Shown: positions 22,575-34,361 of the stretch, in pieces
How positions within the stretch are numbered: the stretch's first letter is position 1
Layout: every line of letters begins with the position of its first letter
Origin: Spirogloea muscicola
Taxonomy: Eukaryota
Assembly: GCA_009602725.1 (NCBI GenBank)
Contig: WELB01000003.1
Coordinates: 1,496,262 to 1,530,622, forward strand
Length of the DNA: 34,361 bases
Direction: 5' to 3'
The notes under the pieces: generated by a model
What the model was told of the DNA's origin: nothing
Database searches by the model: none
The model's input: the letters and a program-made list of their open reading frames with translations, nothing else
Translations under genes and position numbers: made by a program

Positions 22575-24000
22575 AGCGCTAGCCCATAGAAAGAAAAGTA
22601 AGAAATAGAAAGAAAAAGAGAAAACTGACTAGGTCTTGCAGAGATGGACGATGGCACGCAGGGAACAAAGCGAACTCGAAGGATGGCAGCTACGGCAGCC
22701 TGAAAAGCATTGCCCTGCCGAGAGAGGGCGCACGGGGCGCATGAAATGAAAGGGAGGCCAATGCAAGCTAATACATTGTTCAGGCAGAGTCTAGCGCAAA
22801 CTACACAAGGCTACATAACGGAGACCTAAACTAAGGTGCCCAAGGTGACATTAATACCCACGGGTGAGCACAAACAAATCTGACAAGCTGACTTGGGGAG
22901 CTGGAGCGCCACCACGAAAGCCGGAGGTTTGACTTAGAGCGCGCCCTGCACGTTGATGAAGAGCCAATGCTTGCGAGCGCTGCAAAGTAAGCGAGAGCCG
23001 CATTCTATAGTATGCAACTAAGGCCTGCGGAATGCTGGAGTGGCCCAAGCTGCCCCCCCGACTTCGACGCCGCACAGAGGCAGCAGCCAAGGTGCGGCCT
23101 GCCTTGCAAGTGCACGGCGAACGCCTTCGGTTTTGACGGCATTGCTTGCAACGAAGCAAGGACAGCGCAGGCTTGGGGGAGAGCCTCGTCCCTTAGAGAA
23201 AGCGGCTGCTGATATGACAGAATCGGCTGTGAAATGCCAGCCAGATGCATACAGATGTTCATGACGGAGCCAAAGGCTAGGCAGACAAAGAAGAAGGCTC
23301 GCCCATAAAGAAAGAGGGGCTGGCAAAGCCAGCCCAAAAAGAATGGACAATGTCCAAAGCCGAAGAATGAGAAGCCGAGGAAGGACTCCTCTACTCTACC
23401 AATCACAGGGCGCCCTCAATACCCCCGTGTCAGCAGTAGGAAGTCAGATGAGCTGAGGGGAGGAAGAGCAACCCCGCTGCGCAAGCCAGAGGCTGCTGCA
23501 AGGGCGCGACCAGCGCGGCGGTGCAAAGCAAGCGCTTGGGAGCGCTGCAGGGACATAGACAATCGCATACGGTAGCAGGACACAAGACCCAAAGGCACCG
23601 AGCCACCGGGAAGGGCAGCACCCTATTCTTCCCTTCTTCTTCTGTTCCCGGCGCCGCTGGTCAGCTTGAGAGGCCAGCAGCGAGCGTAACGAGGACCACC
23701 GACTCCAGTAACACCCATGGATGTCCATGACCAGGAAGAAGAAGTGGCACTCCCAATGGGGGCAAGGGCTGCGAAAAGCCAGCCCAAAAAGAATTCACAA
23801 AGGTTCAGAGGGGCCTAAGAGCGGTGAGCAGCTACAAAGGGGCCTGAGGATGCAATGGTAAAACAGGGGGAGGATGGATCACTCAATAAGTACGAGTGAG
23901 GAGCCTCAGATCCGACAGACTAGCTGCCGGGAAGCTATCACCCTGACGAAAGCCAGAGCCCGCAGCGAGAGCACGGCCAGCTCGCAGATGCAGAGCGTGG
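22575..24000 (-). mobile_element. Three head-to-tail degenerate 3' fragments of a putative non-LTR retrotransposon
   Basis: Three related C-termini: ...ALHLRAGRALAAGSGFR...LSDLRLLTRTY* (stop 23883), YRMRLSMSLQRSQALALHRRAGRAL...LLTRGY* (stop 23416) and YRMRLSLTLQRSQALALHQRAGRAL...VLTRGY* (stop 22851). Each is followed by sequence repeated elsewhere in the window. RLSxxLQR resembles the end of restriction-like-endonuclease non-LTR ORFs (inference). Confidence 0.65.
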
Positions 24001-24083
24001 GGGGTAAAAGGTATCACCCGCCGGGTGGTCCTTGTACTTGTGAGCCTCGTCCCTTGGTGCTCCCTCCCCAGCGCACTCCGAAG

Positions 24084-24119
24084 TTTTGGCGGGAGTAGGG
24101 GAAGGACGTTGGCGCCAAA
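24084..24119. promoter_or_regulatory. Two E2F-type sites upstream of RPA2
   Basis: TTTTGGCGGG at 24084-24093 and TTGGCGCCAAA at 24109-24119 (TTTGGCGC on the minus strand) fit TTTSSCGS and lie 165-200 bp upstream of a DNA-replication gene. Confidence 0.6.
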
Positions 24120-24283
24120 TTCGGACCTCCCCCCACACTGCCTCCTCACCTCACCTCCGCCTCCCCCACCTGCCGCGCCTCAGCAGCCGCACCCTTCTCC
24201 CGCGAGACCAGCGAGCGCCGCGGCGGCGGCGGCGGCGGCGGAGGAGGAGGAGGAGGAGCGCGGCGCGGCGCCGAGCGGCCGCC

Positions 24284-24353
24284 ATGTACGGCGGCGTGGA
24301 GGCGTACGGCCATGGCGGCGAGCCGGGCGCCAGCCAGTTCGCCTCGGCGGTTT

Positions 24354-24395
<42 letters not shown>

Positions 24396-26224
24396 GTTCT
24401 CGAGCCAGAGCACAGGCCTGCTGCCGCTGACGGTCAAGCGCATGGCCACGGCGGCGCCCAAGGGCGCGGCCGACGAGTCCTTCTCCATCGACGGCCAGGA
24501 CATCAACGCCGTGAGCCCGCCGACGCCGCCGACGCCGCCGCCGCCGCCACCGCCGCCGCCGCCGCTTACCTCTGGCAGTCTGCCGCGTCTGCTGGCATGC
24601 CCACGTTGCCGCTGCTGCACAGCATGGAGCTGGGCTACAGCAGCTGCGGCGTGTATGGCAGGTCACGGTGGTGGGGCGCGTGCTGTCTCGCGAGGACAAG
24701 GCCACAGACACCACCTTCCTGCTCAACGACGGCACTGGCCAGATCGAGGTCAAGCGCTGGTACTGCCGCCACCGCCGCCGCCGCCGCCGCTGCGCCGCCG
24801 CCGCTGAGCAGCGCATGGTGGCTTGGTGCTCAACTCGCACCTCAGGGCTGTTTTGACGCGAAACACTGAGGGTCGCGGCTAATGGTGCTGCCAGGAACAA
24901 TGGTGAGGACATCGGCGAGGGCCAGGACCTGGCTGCCATCCAGTAAGCGAGACTGAGGCACGGCACCGAGCGCGCGCGGCGCCCACCGCTGCCGCGGCCA
25001 CTGCCGCCGTCCCCTGCCACTGCTTGTCCGCTTGGCTAGTGGCGGTGGCCCCCCTTCTCTGACTTCACCAGCATGGCCGCCGTCGACTGTCGGTTGCAGG
25101 ATTGGGGCCTACGTCCGTGTGCACGGCCACTTGCGTGTCTTCCAGGGCCGCAAGTACCTCGTTGCTTTCTGCGTCAGGTCCAGGCACCTTTCCCGCCAAT
25201 CCTTGAGAGTATCAGAACATCTTATGTCAATGATCACTTGACTCTGATAAAACTGGTCAATCTCAACAACTACTGATAGTCCTTCTCCTTCACGAGGAAT
25301 TCTTGTTTGTAGTGTCCGTCTCGGCGGCACTTGACGGTACCGTGCTTGGTCATGCAGGTCCGTTACGGACTTCAACGAGGTCACGTTTCACAATCTCGAG
25401 TGCATATTTGTGCACCTTGCCGCTTCGGCGCCGGCTGCACAGGTGAATATTGGCCTGTCACGCTACTGAAGCTGCTGCTGCACCAGCCTCTGCAGGAAGC
25501 CTGAGCTGCCGCCCTTTGCTGCCGCTGCCACTTGTGACTGTCTTGCAGCCCTCTGCCGCTGTTGGTGCGTCCGACGGACCTTACGCGAGGCCGCCACCGT
25601 ATGCTGCCACGCCGGTCAACCCTGTCAGCGGCGCCGGCGCCGGCATGGGCGATGGGCAGGGCATGGATGACGTCCAGAAGGTCGTCCTTGGTTTCTACGA
25701 GAACCCCAAGAACGCGTGAGTGGTTGCCACCTTTCCGCCACCATCGAGTCTGTCCTTCATGGCCACCATCAGTAAAGCCAACCCCATGGTAAAGGTGTCG
25801 TTGCCGCGGGCTTTGGCACGGATGACTTGAGTAAGCTCTGCAAGAGATTGTTAAGAAGCAGCGAGGGGTGACGGCGCGTCAAGTCTGCCGTGGCTCATAC
25901 AGGGAGAAGGAGCAGGGCATCTCGTGGATGGAAGTGGCGGGCTCGATCCCAGGTTACAGCAGGGCGCAGATCAAGTACAGTCCCCTCGCGCTCTCCTTGC
26001 CACCATCTGCAGCAGCAGGAGGCTGACTAGCCCTCTCCGCATGCCACCTCCTGCGTGACAAGCGATGGACAACCCTCTGAGGCACTGGGCAGGGCCTGTT
26101 TCCGATCACCCGGCATTGGCCCCTGCGCTTGCGCGTATGCAGAGCTGCGGTCGACTTCCTGGTCAACGAGGGCCAGCTGTACTCCACGATCGACGACAAC
26201 CACTTCAAGTGGACCGGCGCCTGA
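24284..26224 (+). CDS. RPA2: Replication protein A 32-kDa subunit, 8 exons; apparent frameshift in exon 1
   Basis: Exons 24284-24510, 24662-24759, 24895-24942, 25100-25177, 25358-25442, 25549-25715, 25903-25974, 26143-26224. Motifs GLLPLTVK, FLLNDGTGQIEVKRW, YVRVHGHLR, VTDFNEVTFHNLECIFVHL and the winged-helix end AVDFLVNEGQLYSTIDDNHFK. Confidence 0.93.
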
Positions 26225-27133
26225 GCCGCTGCTCCCAGCTGCTCTGCTCCAGCCTCGTCGTGCTCCCAAGTGGCCACAGCTATGGAGCACCTACAGGAGC
26301 TGAGATGTCAAGGTTGAGGTGATCAACCACGGTCGGCCGCCTGCATGCGCAAGTGGTAGTTGGGGAGCACCTCGATGGTGCTCTCCAACCTGCAGAGCAC
26401 CCACGGTGCTACATGCGCCGCACCTTCGGATGAGCTCGTATTCTGGCCTCCGAGAGCAATGGCGGGGAGCTTGTTGCATTGCCAGCTTCCAAGCCTTGGC
26501 AATAGCAAGGCATGGAAGCCATTCATGCCTCTCTATGCCGGCATAATCTTACAACCGAGCACCAACTCTGGGGCCAGCACGAGTCCCACAAGGTCTTGGG
26601 CCAGTGTCAGTGGATCTCAAGCTGGTTAGACAGCGTCGCAGTGGCGGCCACAGAAGGGCCGGCCCACTGAGGAGACCAGGAGTTGGGCTGCAGAGGAGCA
26701 GTCGACGCAGGTTCGCGAGCTGCAGGAGGTCCAGCAGGCTCAGCCCGCCAGGGCGAACAAGCGATTGTGTGAGAGAGGCCCATTATCGAGCAAGAATTAC
26801 GATACATGACTACGAGATTAGTCAAAAGCTAGCCGGTTCAGACGAATAGATCACGAATTTGATTCGCGGCGGAGGGCGAGCAGCTGCTGCTGGGCCGGGC
26901 GGGGCCACGGGGGGGTCCCACGTGGGAGGGAGGCTGGCGGATTTGGGGGGCGGCGGGCGAGGCGCCGGTAATGCGTACGAGCGGAGGGCGGGGAGGGGGG
27001 GCGGCGCCGCCCTGCGGCAGGCATTCCGTCAATCAAGGCCCCTGCCCCCTGGCCCGCCCCGGCGTCCCCCGCTCTCCGCGCCGGCTTCCGCGGCGGCTCT
27101 CGCGGCGGCATTCGCCGCGGCGGCGGCGGCGGC

Positions 27134-27400
27134 NNNNNNNNNNNNNNNNNNNNNNNNNNNNNNNNNNNNNNNNNNNNNNNNNNNNNNNNNNNNNNNNNNN
27201 NNNNNNNNNNNNNNNNNNNNNNNNNNNNNNNNNNNNNNNNNNNNNNNNNNNNNNNNNNNNNNNNNNNNNNNNNNNNNNNNNNNNNNNNNNNNNNNNNNNN
27301 NNNNNNNNNNNNNNNNNNNNNNNNNNNNNNNNNNNNNNNNNNNNNNNNNNNNNNNNNNNNNNNNNNNNNNNNNNNNNNNNNNNNNNNNNNNNNNNNNNNN
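27134..27400. other. Assembly gap (267 N)
   Basis: Run of N following a (GCG)n tract. Confidence 1.
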
Positions 27401-27433
27401 TTTGTTGGCCAATGTCGGCATGCGCGGGTGCAG

Positions 27434-30400
27434 ATGGGGGCCTGCGCATCGAGGACGGCACGCCGCACCGGCCCTCCGCCGCGGCGGCCCGCGAGCAGGT
27501 GCGCCCAATCTGCAGCAGGCCCTAGCGACGGCTGCGGCGGCGGCGGCGGCCTTAGCGGGCCGCCAAGAGCCTGTTGGTAGCAGTCGTGAAGCGGACGATC
27601 GAATCTGCTCGCCGGCCAAATGGCGGGGCCCTTCTGCTTACTTAGTCATGAGCACCCTCTGTGTGCACCTGGTAGAGCATTCCTTTGGTAAGGGAAGGTC
27701 TCGGGTTCAAGTCTGGTCGTAGGCTGGCCTTGACAGCCGCTCTGTGGACATCGGCAGCCGCATTCCTTCCTCTGCTGATGCCGCGGCTCTCGTCCTGAGC
27801 GCGCGGCAGAGCAGCCTCGGGGCGCGCAGCGGCCGGCGGCGGCCCGGGAGGCGGACGACCTGCGGCGGCGCAGCGGCCACGGCGACATCGCGTGGGATGA
27901 CGAGGACCGGATGAGCTCCGTGCCGCTGCTCACGCAGGCCGACAGCGAGGACTCGCCGGAGCTCCGCGCCATCCTCAACCGCTCCGCGACCGTGCGCGAG
28001 GGCCGCGACCCGCCGCCGCCGCCGCCGCCAGAGGAGGAGGGCGGCGGCGCCGGCGCCAGCATCCATGACCACTTCCTCAGCCAGGTTCGGAGCCCCACGC
28101 TGGGACTTACAACAAAGGCGCCGGGGCCGACAGTAGACGTTGCCGTGCTGACGGCAATGGCTGACCCTGTCATTGACTGCCAGCTCGAGGACGCTGGCGA
28201 TGGTGATGGCGAGAGCGGCAACGGGAAGGCAGCAGCGGCAATGGAGGAGGAACGGCGACATAGCAAGGCAGAAAGCGCGAGCGCGGGTGCGGCTGCCATG
28301 AGCCTGCCGCCTGGCGTGCTCGACCCAGAGGGCCCCGCCTATCTGCGCTTCTACTACCTCACCATCATTCTCGCCATCAAGGTTTCCACAGCAGCGTGTG
28401 TCACAAGTGCGCCCATGATGTGGCGCTGCTGAGCGTTTTACTTGTGCATATAGACCCATAAATTGACTGTTAGGAAGCACTCATTGTGAGATAGAGCGGA
28501 CCATAGGAAGGGTTTCATAATTATCGTACCGAAGTACGGTAAACATAAAGGAGATTGAATAATTGTACTTTAACTGATGCCTGGAGTATGATAATTTAGT
28601 CTCTGTGTTGCACAATGGAGGGCTCCTGGCTTAGACAGGACTGCAAGCCCGGCTGCGTCGGCAGCTGAGCGCCCTTGTCCACTTGCACTGCGGCAGGTGG
28701 CCATTGTGGAGCCCTTCAACGTCGCCTTCCTCAATGCACACAACATCATCACCGTCACCAACGCACTCATCTACGTCACTGACGTGGTGAGAGCAGAGCG
28801 CCTGCCTCAGACACGCATGACAGAGAACGATCGCAAGCCGACTACTGTTCAGGCTGGTCTTTCAAACGGCCTCGCGTGTGGTGGCGGCGGTGGCACAGGT
28901 CTTCCTTGCGGACGTGGCTGTGAAGTTCCGCCTGGCGGTCTTCGCAGACGGCCAGTGGAAGGTCTCCCGCCGGCAGATTGCAGAGAAGTGAGCAATCTGC
29001 CGCAGCCTTTGGCAGTAGCTGTTTTGCCATCTCAGTGTGTCTCCTTGACGGGCATCTGGAGCGCATCTGGAGCACGTGCGGCTCCTGAGCACAGTGTGCC
29101 CGTTGGCAGGTACTTGCGAGGCTCGTTTGCATTCGACCTCCTTGCAGCACTGCCCTGGGACTTGGCCCTCAAGCTCGCGCTCGCTGGCACCGAGCTCGCC
29201 GCAGATGTCAGCCTTGTTGGGCTCACGCGCCTTCTTCGCCTAAAGCGCCTGTATACCAGCTACCACCGACCCTTCAATGAGATAATTCTTGGGATTTGCA
29301 CGCGCTTGCCCCGAGCTTGTGCGCATCCGTCATATTCCTGAGACTCGGGGAGGCGATGGTCGTGGCAGCTCCCTCTCATCTGACTTACTGGCCTCCATGG
29401 CGACCTGGCCGCCCAGCTGGCAATTCTTCTGGCAGGTCGGCGTGGACATGCGGTTCAGCTACTTTGGAACGAGCGTCGTGAAATTCAGCGCGCTCATCTT
29501 CTTTGCCGCGCACTGGGCGGCATGCGGCTTCTACCTGCTGGCGCGCCTCCACGACTTTGACTCCACTACTGTGAGCACTCCACTTGGCACGCACCTCACA
29601 CATGTAATGCACGAGAGAGAGTATGACGTGTCAGAGTCCTGTCCTGGTACAATGTACATACACCTCAGAAATGCCGGGTGCAGTGCTCAGTCATATAACC
29701 TGCGCAAGAAGCGCTGGCACCCAATGTCGTGCAGTATAATAAGAACCAGTAAACGACGGCTCTATACCACAAAGCGGCGCTCCTCATGACTTTCCACTTA
29801 CCGGCACTCTGTATGCCAGTGGGTGGCCCATGACGAGCCGGGCCTCCAGTTCACAGGACCCTTCACGGCCTACGTCACGTCCATCTACTGGTTGGTAGTC
29901 TGAACGATTTCATCACTTTGTATGCGGAACCGATACAATTGCCTAGCTGGCAATATACATACATATTGCCACTGAGGTACATTTCATACCTTGTTTGACT
30001 AGCAATTCCCACCGTTGCAGCTGATTGCAGCTTCCTCCTATTGGTGGCTCATTGCAGGGCGATGACGACCTTGTCAACCACAGGTATGTGCATTCCTGAA
30101 ATCTGGCCAGATGTCACGATGTCTACAAGGGGACATCCAGAAGTGGTTAAGCGAAAATTGCATGATTTGACTACCTAAGCACCATTGGCGTACCTATTCA
30201 GGCCAGGTCAAATTTATTAGCGAGTTCTTAGTGTCCATCTCATACGAGCTGAGATGAGAGAGTTTGCAACCACTTGAGCAGGTTATGGCGACTTCGCGGC
30301 TTTCACAAACTCGGAGCGGCTGTGGACGGCCGGTTTCATGGCCATCAACCTTGGCCTCACGGCTTACGTGCTCGGTAACATGACCGTGCTCCTCACCAAG

Positions 30401-33309
30401 GCTGATGCACAGACCGCCCAGTACCGCGACAAGCTCGCGACCATTAACAGGTGATACTTGGAGATATCCAGCCGTGCAAATTCTGCCTCCTGTTTATGAT
30501 GCTTGATGTCAATTCCACCTATTTACTGTCATTCTCAGAGAATAAATGAATGATTATATAATGGTTGTAGCAGACACCTGCCAGACTGCAGCCGCTGAGT
30601 GAAACAGCACTTCCGTGCAAGTGTGCAGGTACATGAAGGCCCACAACGTGCCATTGGTGCTCCAGCAGGAGATGCGGGCACACCTGCGCCTGCACTTTGA
30701 GACCTCCGAGCTCCGCGATGACATCCTGCGACAGTGCCCCGTCACGATTCGCGGCCGCATTGTACGCCAGGTCTATGCCAAGCACATTGCCCGGCCGTAT
30801 TTATTCAAGGGCACGTCTGACTTATTTAAGGTATGTGCTCAGTCTCATCCTCAGCACGTCAGTGAGCAGCAAGAGCTTTAGGTACACGTACTATGAGCTG
30901 TATCATGCCGTTACTGACAAGGTTGCCAGTACGAGTGTTTGTAGCTCACAGCAGATTTTACGGGCACGCTTGCAGGACCAGCTCGTGACACACATGCGCG
31001 TGGACTTCTTTCTCCCCAATACAAACGTGGTGACTGTCAACGACAGCACGTCCGAGCTCTTCATCATCGCCTCTGGACAAGCAGAGGTGGGCATTGCCAA
31101 CACTGGTGCCGTCCACTGACTGAGGATTACCGTCAATGCCAGAAGAATGAAGTCTTATGTGGCATTGTTTGCGCATGAGAGTACCAGGATCTTGCTACCA
31201 AGTAGGCTTCATGTTTCGAGTCTGCTCCGCAGGCCGTCTACTCCAAGGGGGACCGGCACGCGTGGTTCGAGTATGGAGAGGGCGACCCTTTTGGAGGTAC
31301 AAGCAATGCAAAAAGTAGCCAGAAGTGGGGATTGCTTACTGCTAAACTTGTGGACTTTTGGGGCCAAGATGGTTTGTCCTTGTTGCAGCATTAGCAATGG
31401 CTTTGTACTCTGTTCCTGGTAATGTGTCGGTTCAGCCAGGTGATTGCGGCTCTTACTTGAGCCCTCCTCGCCGCCAGAATTTGCATTTATCTGCGGGAGC
31501 ACGCAGAGCTGGACAGTGCGGACACGCACAGTGTGCCGTGTACTTGTTCTAGAGCGAGACGGATATGAGACGCTGTGCAAGAACCACCCGCAGGATAACC
31601 GCCAGGTGGTCGTCAACCTCCTCGATCGGTACGCTCGTCGCTGACTCTGAAGGAACCCCCACAAAACAATCTGCTTAGGAGAGCCTTTTATCTCCATGCT
31701 TGCATGGAGATACTAAAAATCGGAAAAGATGTCTTAGATATGGTCAGCTTCATGGTATGCAAGAAACGAGATGACGTGCACTATCATAGGCAGTGAGGGG
31801 TACAAGGAAAGTGCGTGGAGAGGTTGGGATGACAGAACCCTTGCGTGTTCGCTCCTCTGGCCTTCGGATGCTGCTGGCTTGCTCAGAATAAGGGCGATCG
31901 CAGACGCTGCCGCCCAGAGGAACCTGCGTCGGTCGCTGGTCGACCTCACCCTCCTCATCCGTCAGGACGTGGAGGTGGGGACGGCCGTGCCACACCTTAT
32001 ATACGGCATTGTCGTATGAGAAGCATCTCGCATTAGAGACTTTGTGCCTTTAATGCTTTACATGACTGCTGGCGTTGGCTGCCCACCAACCAACTAATTG
32101 GAGCTGCGGTAGGCATGCAGGCCTACATTGGCAGATTGGAGCAGGAGACGGTCGCCAGCCTGTGCTACGCTGCAAAGCGTGGCGACATGCTGGAGCTCTA
32201 CCGGCTCCTCTCCAGCGGATTTGACATCAACATGGCCGACTATGATGGCCGCACACCGCTGGTGAATCTTTGTCCCGTGCTCACTCATCGAGGAGCACGC
32301 AAGGGTGCAGAGCTACTGGTCGAGAATTCAGTTGCACGAGCCCAACACAGTATAGTGACCTCAAGGCTTGACAGAAGAAGAGTCATAGAGTCATCCCTCA
32401 CCTACTGCACTTGTTCTGCTGAGAGGGCCCTGCAGCACTTGGCGGCGGCGTATGGACAAGGGAAGGCCGTCGAGTACCTGCTGAACAGCGGCGCCACAGC
32501 CAACGTGCAAGGTGCTTGCCTCCATGCGGAGCTGAGGGAAGTGCGAGGAAGATCTGCATGCCCTAGGCACACACATGGTGAGGTGCAGGCCTTGCATCGC
32601 CGAGCAGTTCCGCTGCCTGGCTCACTCGTAGCAGCTCCGCCTCGCTGTCGCAGATGCGTTCTACAGGACACCGCTGCGGGAGGCCGTGTCGGCGGGCCAC
32701 GTGGCAACCGCCACGATATTATACGGGTGAGCGCTGCCTGGCCTGAGCACACCCCAAGACGCGGGTGTCCCTTGAGCTCTTGACTTGTGCGGCGGTCCTC
32801 GACTCTAAGCTTGCAATGGTGGTGGGGGCTGCGGCAAGGCAGGCGGGGCGGGCAGCTGCAGCTCTCCAACGAAGGCACACACCTGTGCCGGCTGGCGTTC
32901 CGCGGTGACGTGGGCGAGCTGCGCCGGCTGCTGGAGTTTGGAGTTAACCCCGACTCCTGTGACTATGACTGCCGCGCGCCCATGCACATCGCCGCTGCCG
33001 AGGGCCAGCTCGGCATCGTGAAGGTAAGCATCACCCCATGAGCACGTGCAGCTGGGCGGCCGAGCGCGATCATGTCGCTCTGCAACCTGACTTCTGGAGT
33101 GCATGCAACGCTCTTACACGTCGTTGAGCGTACAGATTCTACTAGGCGAGGGCAAGGCGAACGTGAACGCGCTAGACAGATGGCACCAGACGCCACTGGA
33201 CGAGGCACGACGGTGTGGCAACCGTGACATGGAGGAGCACCTTGCAAGGCGCGGTGGCCAACCTGGCAGCAGCTTGCGGCAGCAAGAGGGCTCTGCCGCT
33301 GGCAGCTGA
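27434..33309 (+). CDS. Plant Shaker-type (AKT/KAT-like) K+ channel with cNMP-binding domain and ankyrin repeats; 5' end uncertain (first clear ATG 27911, may begin in or before the gap)
   Basis: S3 FAFDLLAALPW; S4 LTRLLRLKRL; S5 FFAAHWAACGFYLLA; pore YVTSIYWAMTTLSTTGYGDF (26-nt microexon 30058-30083); S6 AINLGLTAYVLGNMT; CNBD FFLPNTNVV...ELFIIASG...QSWTVRT; ankyrins DYDGRTPLHLAA, DYDCRAPMHIAA, DRWHQTPLDEA; stop at 33307-33309. Confidence 0.92.
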
Positions 33310-33846
33310 GCACTGCTACCACCTGCTGCTACTTATTGCCCTCAGCGCCAATACTGCACTGTTGTCAAAACAATGCTCAGGCTACACGTAGACCTGGATT
33401 GAGTCTAAGCATCATGATCATGAGCAAGCAGAGGCTGCGGGAGATAGCTGTGCAGGCCATCACGGGCGCAGCGGGCGAGGCCAAGCAAGCCCCACCATAC
33501 CATGGGCTCGGCAGACGGTACCTGTGCTACATGCTCTCCAGTGGAGCCTTAGGCTTGCCGCAACATTAAAGCATGGACGCAGTTTTGGCTGTGGACGCTA
33601 CAATGGCGGCTGTAGCAATGCCTAGAAGAGTCGCTATCCAAATTCCTCATGGCCGTCGCAACGAAGAGGGGTGGGCCGAGCGGTGTGCACCAGTTGGCCA
33701 GCGCCTCTTCCTTTCCAGCGACTGAGTGCTCTTGGCCTGACTACAATAATGTCAATGTACAACAAGCAGGCGAGAGGTGTGGCCGGCTATGGTGCAAGCG
33801 GAGGCAACCAATCTGGACAACATGGTCTGCCAGTACGTCGGCTCGC

Positions 33847-34361
33847 CTAGGCCATCGTCCCGCCCTTCTTCTTGGTCCGCTGCGCCGCCTCGGCGCCGTT
33901 GGCGGGCACGCCTGCCTTGTCCTTGCTTTTCTTGGGCTTGTCCTTCTTCCCCGCTTGCGCGACCACTGGCACGGCCTGGAGGACAGGCGGCTTGGGGGTC
34001 TCCTCGTCGTCCTCGTCATCATCGTCATCCTCCTCGTCCTCGACCTCGCCACCCTCCTTGCCTCCGCCGTCGTCGTCGTCGTCATCATCATCATCATCGT
34101 CGTCGTCATCGTCGTCGTCATCATCATCGTCATCCTCACCCACAGCAGAAGACGGGACAGCCGGCGCCCCCACAGCCGGCACGGCAGCATCGTCGTCATC
34201 CTCATCATCGTCGTCCTCCTCGTCATCGTCGTCATCCTCGTCGTCGTCCTCGTCGTCGTCATCCTCCTCGACGGCAGGCCCCGACGGAGCGGGCGCTGCC
34301 ACCAGGGCCGCCGGCATCGGCACCAGGGCGGCCGCGGCGCCCAGCCCGCGGGCGGCAGCCA
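33847..34361 (-). CDS. 3' end of a gene encoding very long Asp/Glu tracts and a Lys-rich tail; starts outside the window
   Basis: Open frame with poly-D/E runs in mixed GAC/GAT/GAG codons, ending KKDKPKKSKDK...RTKKKGGTMA* at 33847. Confidence 0.65.
   Translation of the reverse strand, partial: AAARGLGAAAALVPMPAALVAAPAPSGPAVEEDDDDEDDDEDDDDDEEDDDDEDDDDAAVPAVGAPAVPSSAVGEDDDDDDDDDDDDDDDDDDDDDDGGGKEGGEVEDEEDDDDDEDDEETPKPPVLQAVPVVAQAGKKDKPKKSKDKAGVPANGAEAAQRTKKKGGTMA

Noticed and set aside
27434..27498. MGACASR myristoylation-like start for the K+ channel
   Set aside because: That frame is not phase-compatible with the nearby acceptors at 27809 and 27814; another frame (DGGLRIED...REQ) splices cleanly.
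26851..27722. Long ORFs spanning the N run
   Set aside because: They are artefacts of the gap and of GC-rich sequence with few stop codons.

Overview
GC-rich, intron-dense eukaryotic DNA. A plant-lineage alga is inferred from the TTTAGGG repeats, ALDH21 and a plant Shaker channel. Hand-spliced gene models, in order: a stand-alone DUF3419/BtaA-like gene (+, 735-3121); a pogo/Tc1-mariner-type MITE with a head-to-head telomeric-repeat core (3481-3948); a 30-exon minus-strand gene (13232-4513); a TAF1C-like gene; three head-to-tail retroelement 3' remnants; RPA2 with E2F sites and an apparent 1-nt frameshift; an assembly gap; an AKT/KAT-like K+ channel; and the 3' end of an acidic protein. The main finding is the 30-exon gene. 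It splices in frame into a 1137-aa protein that joins a bacterial-type ThDP 'acetolactate synthase-like' enzyme to an ALDH21 aldehyde dehydrogenase. It may be a single-chain 2-oxoglutarate decarboxylase plus succinic semialdehyde dehydrogenase (TCA bypass). All family calls come from motif recognition, with no database searches.
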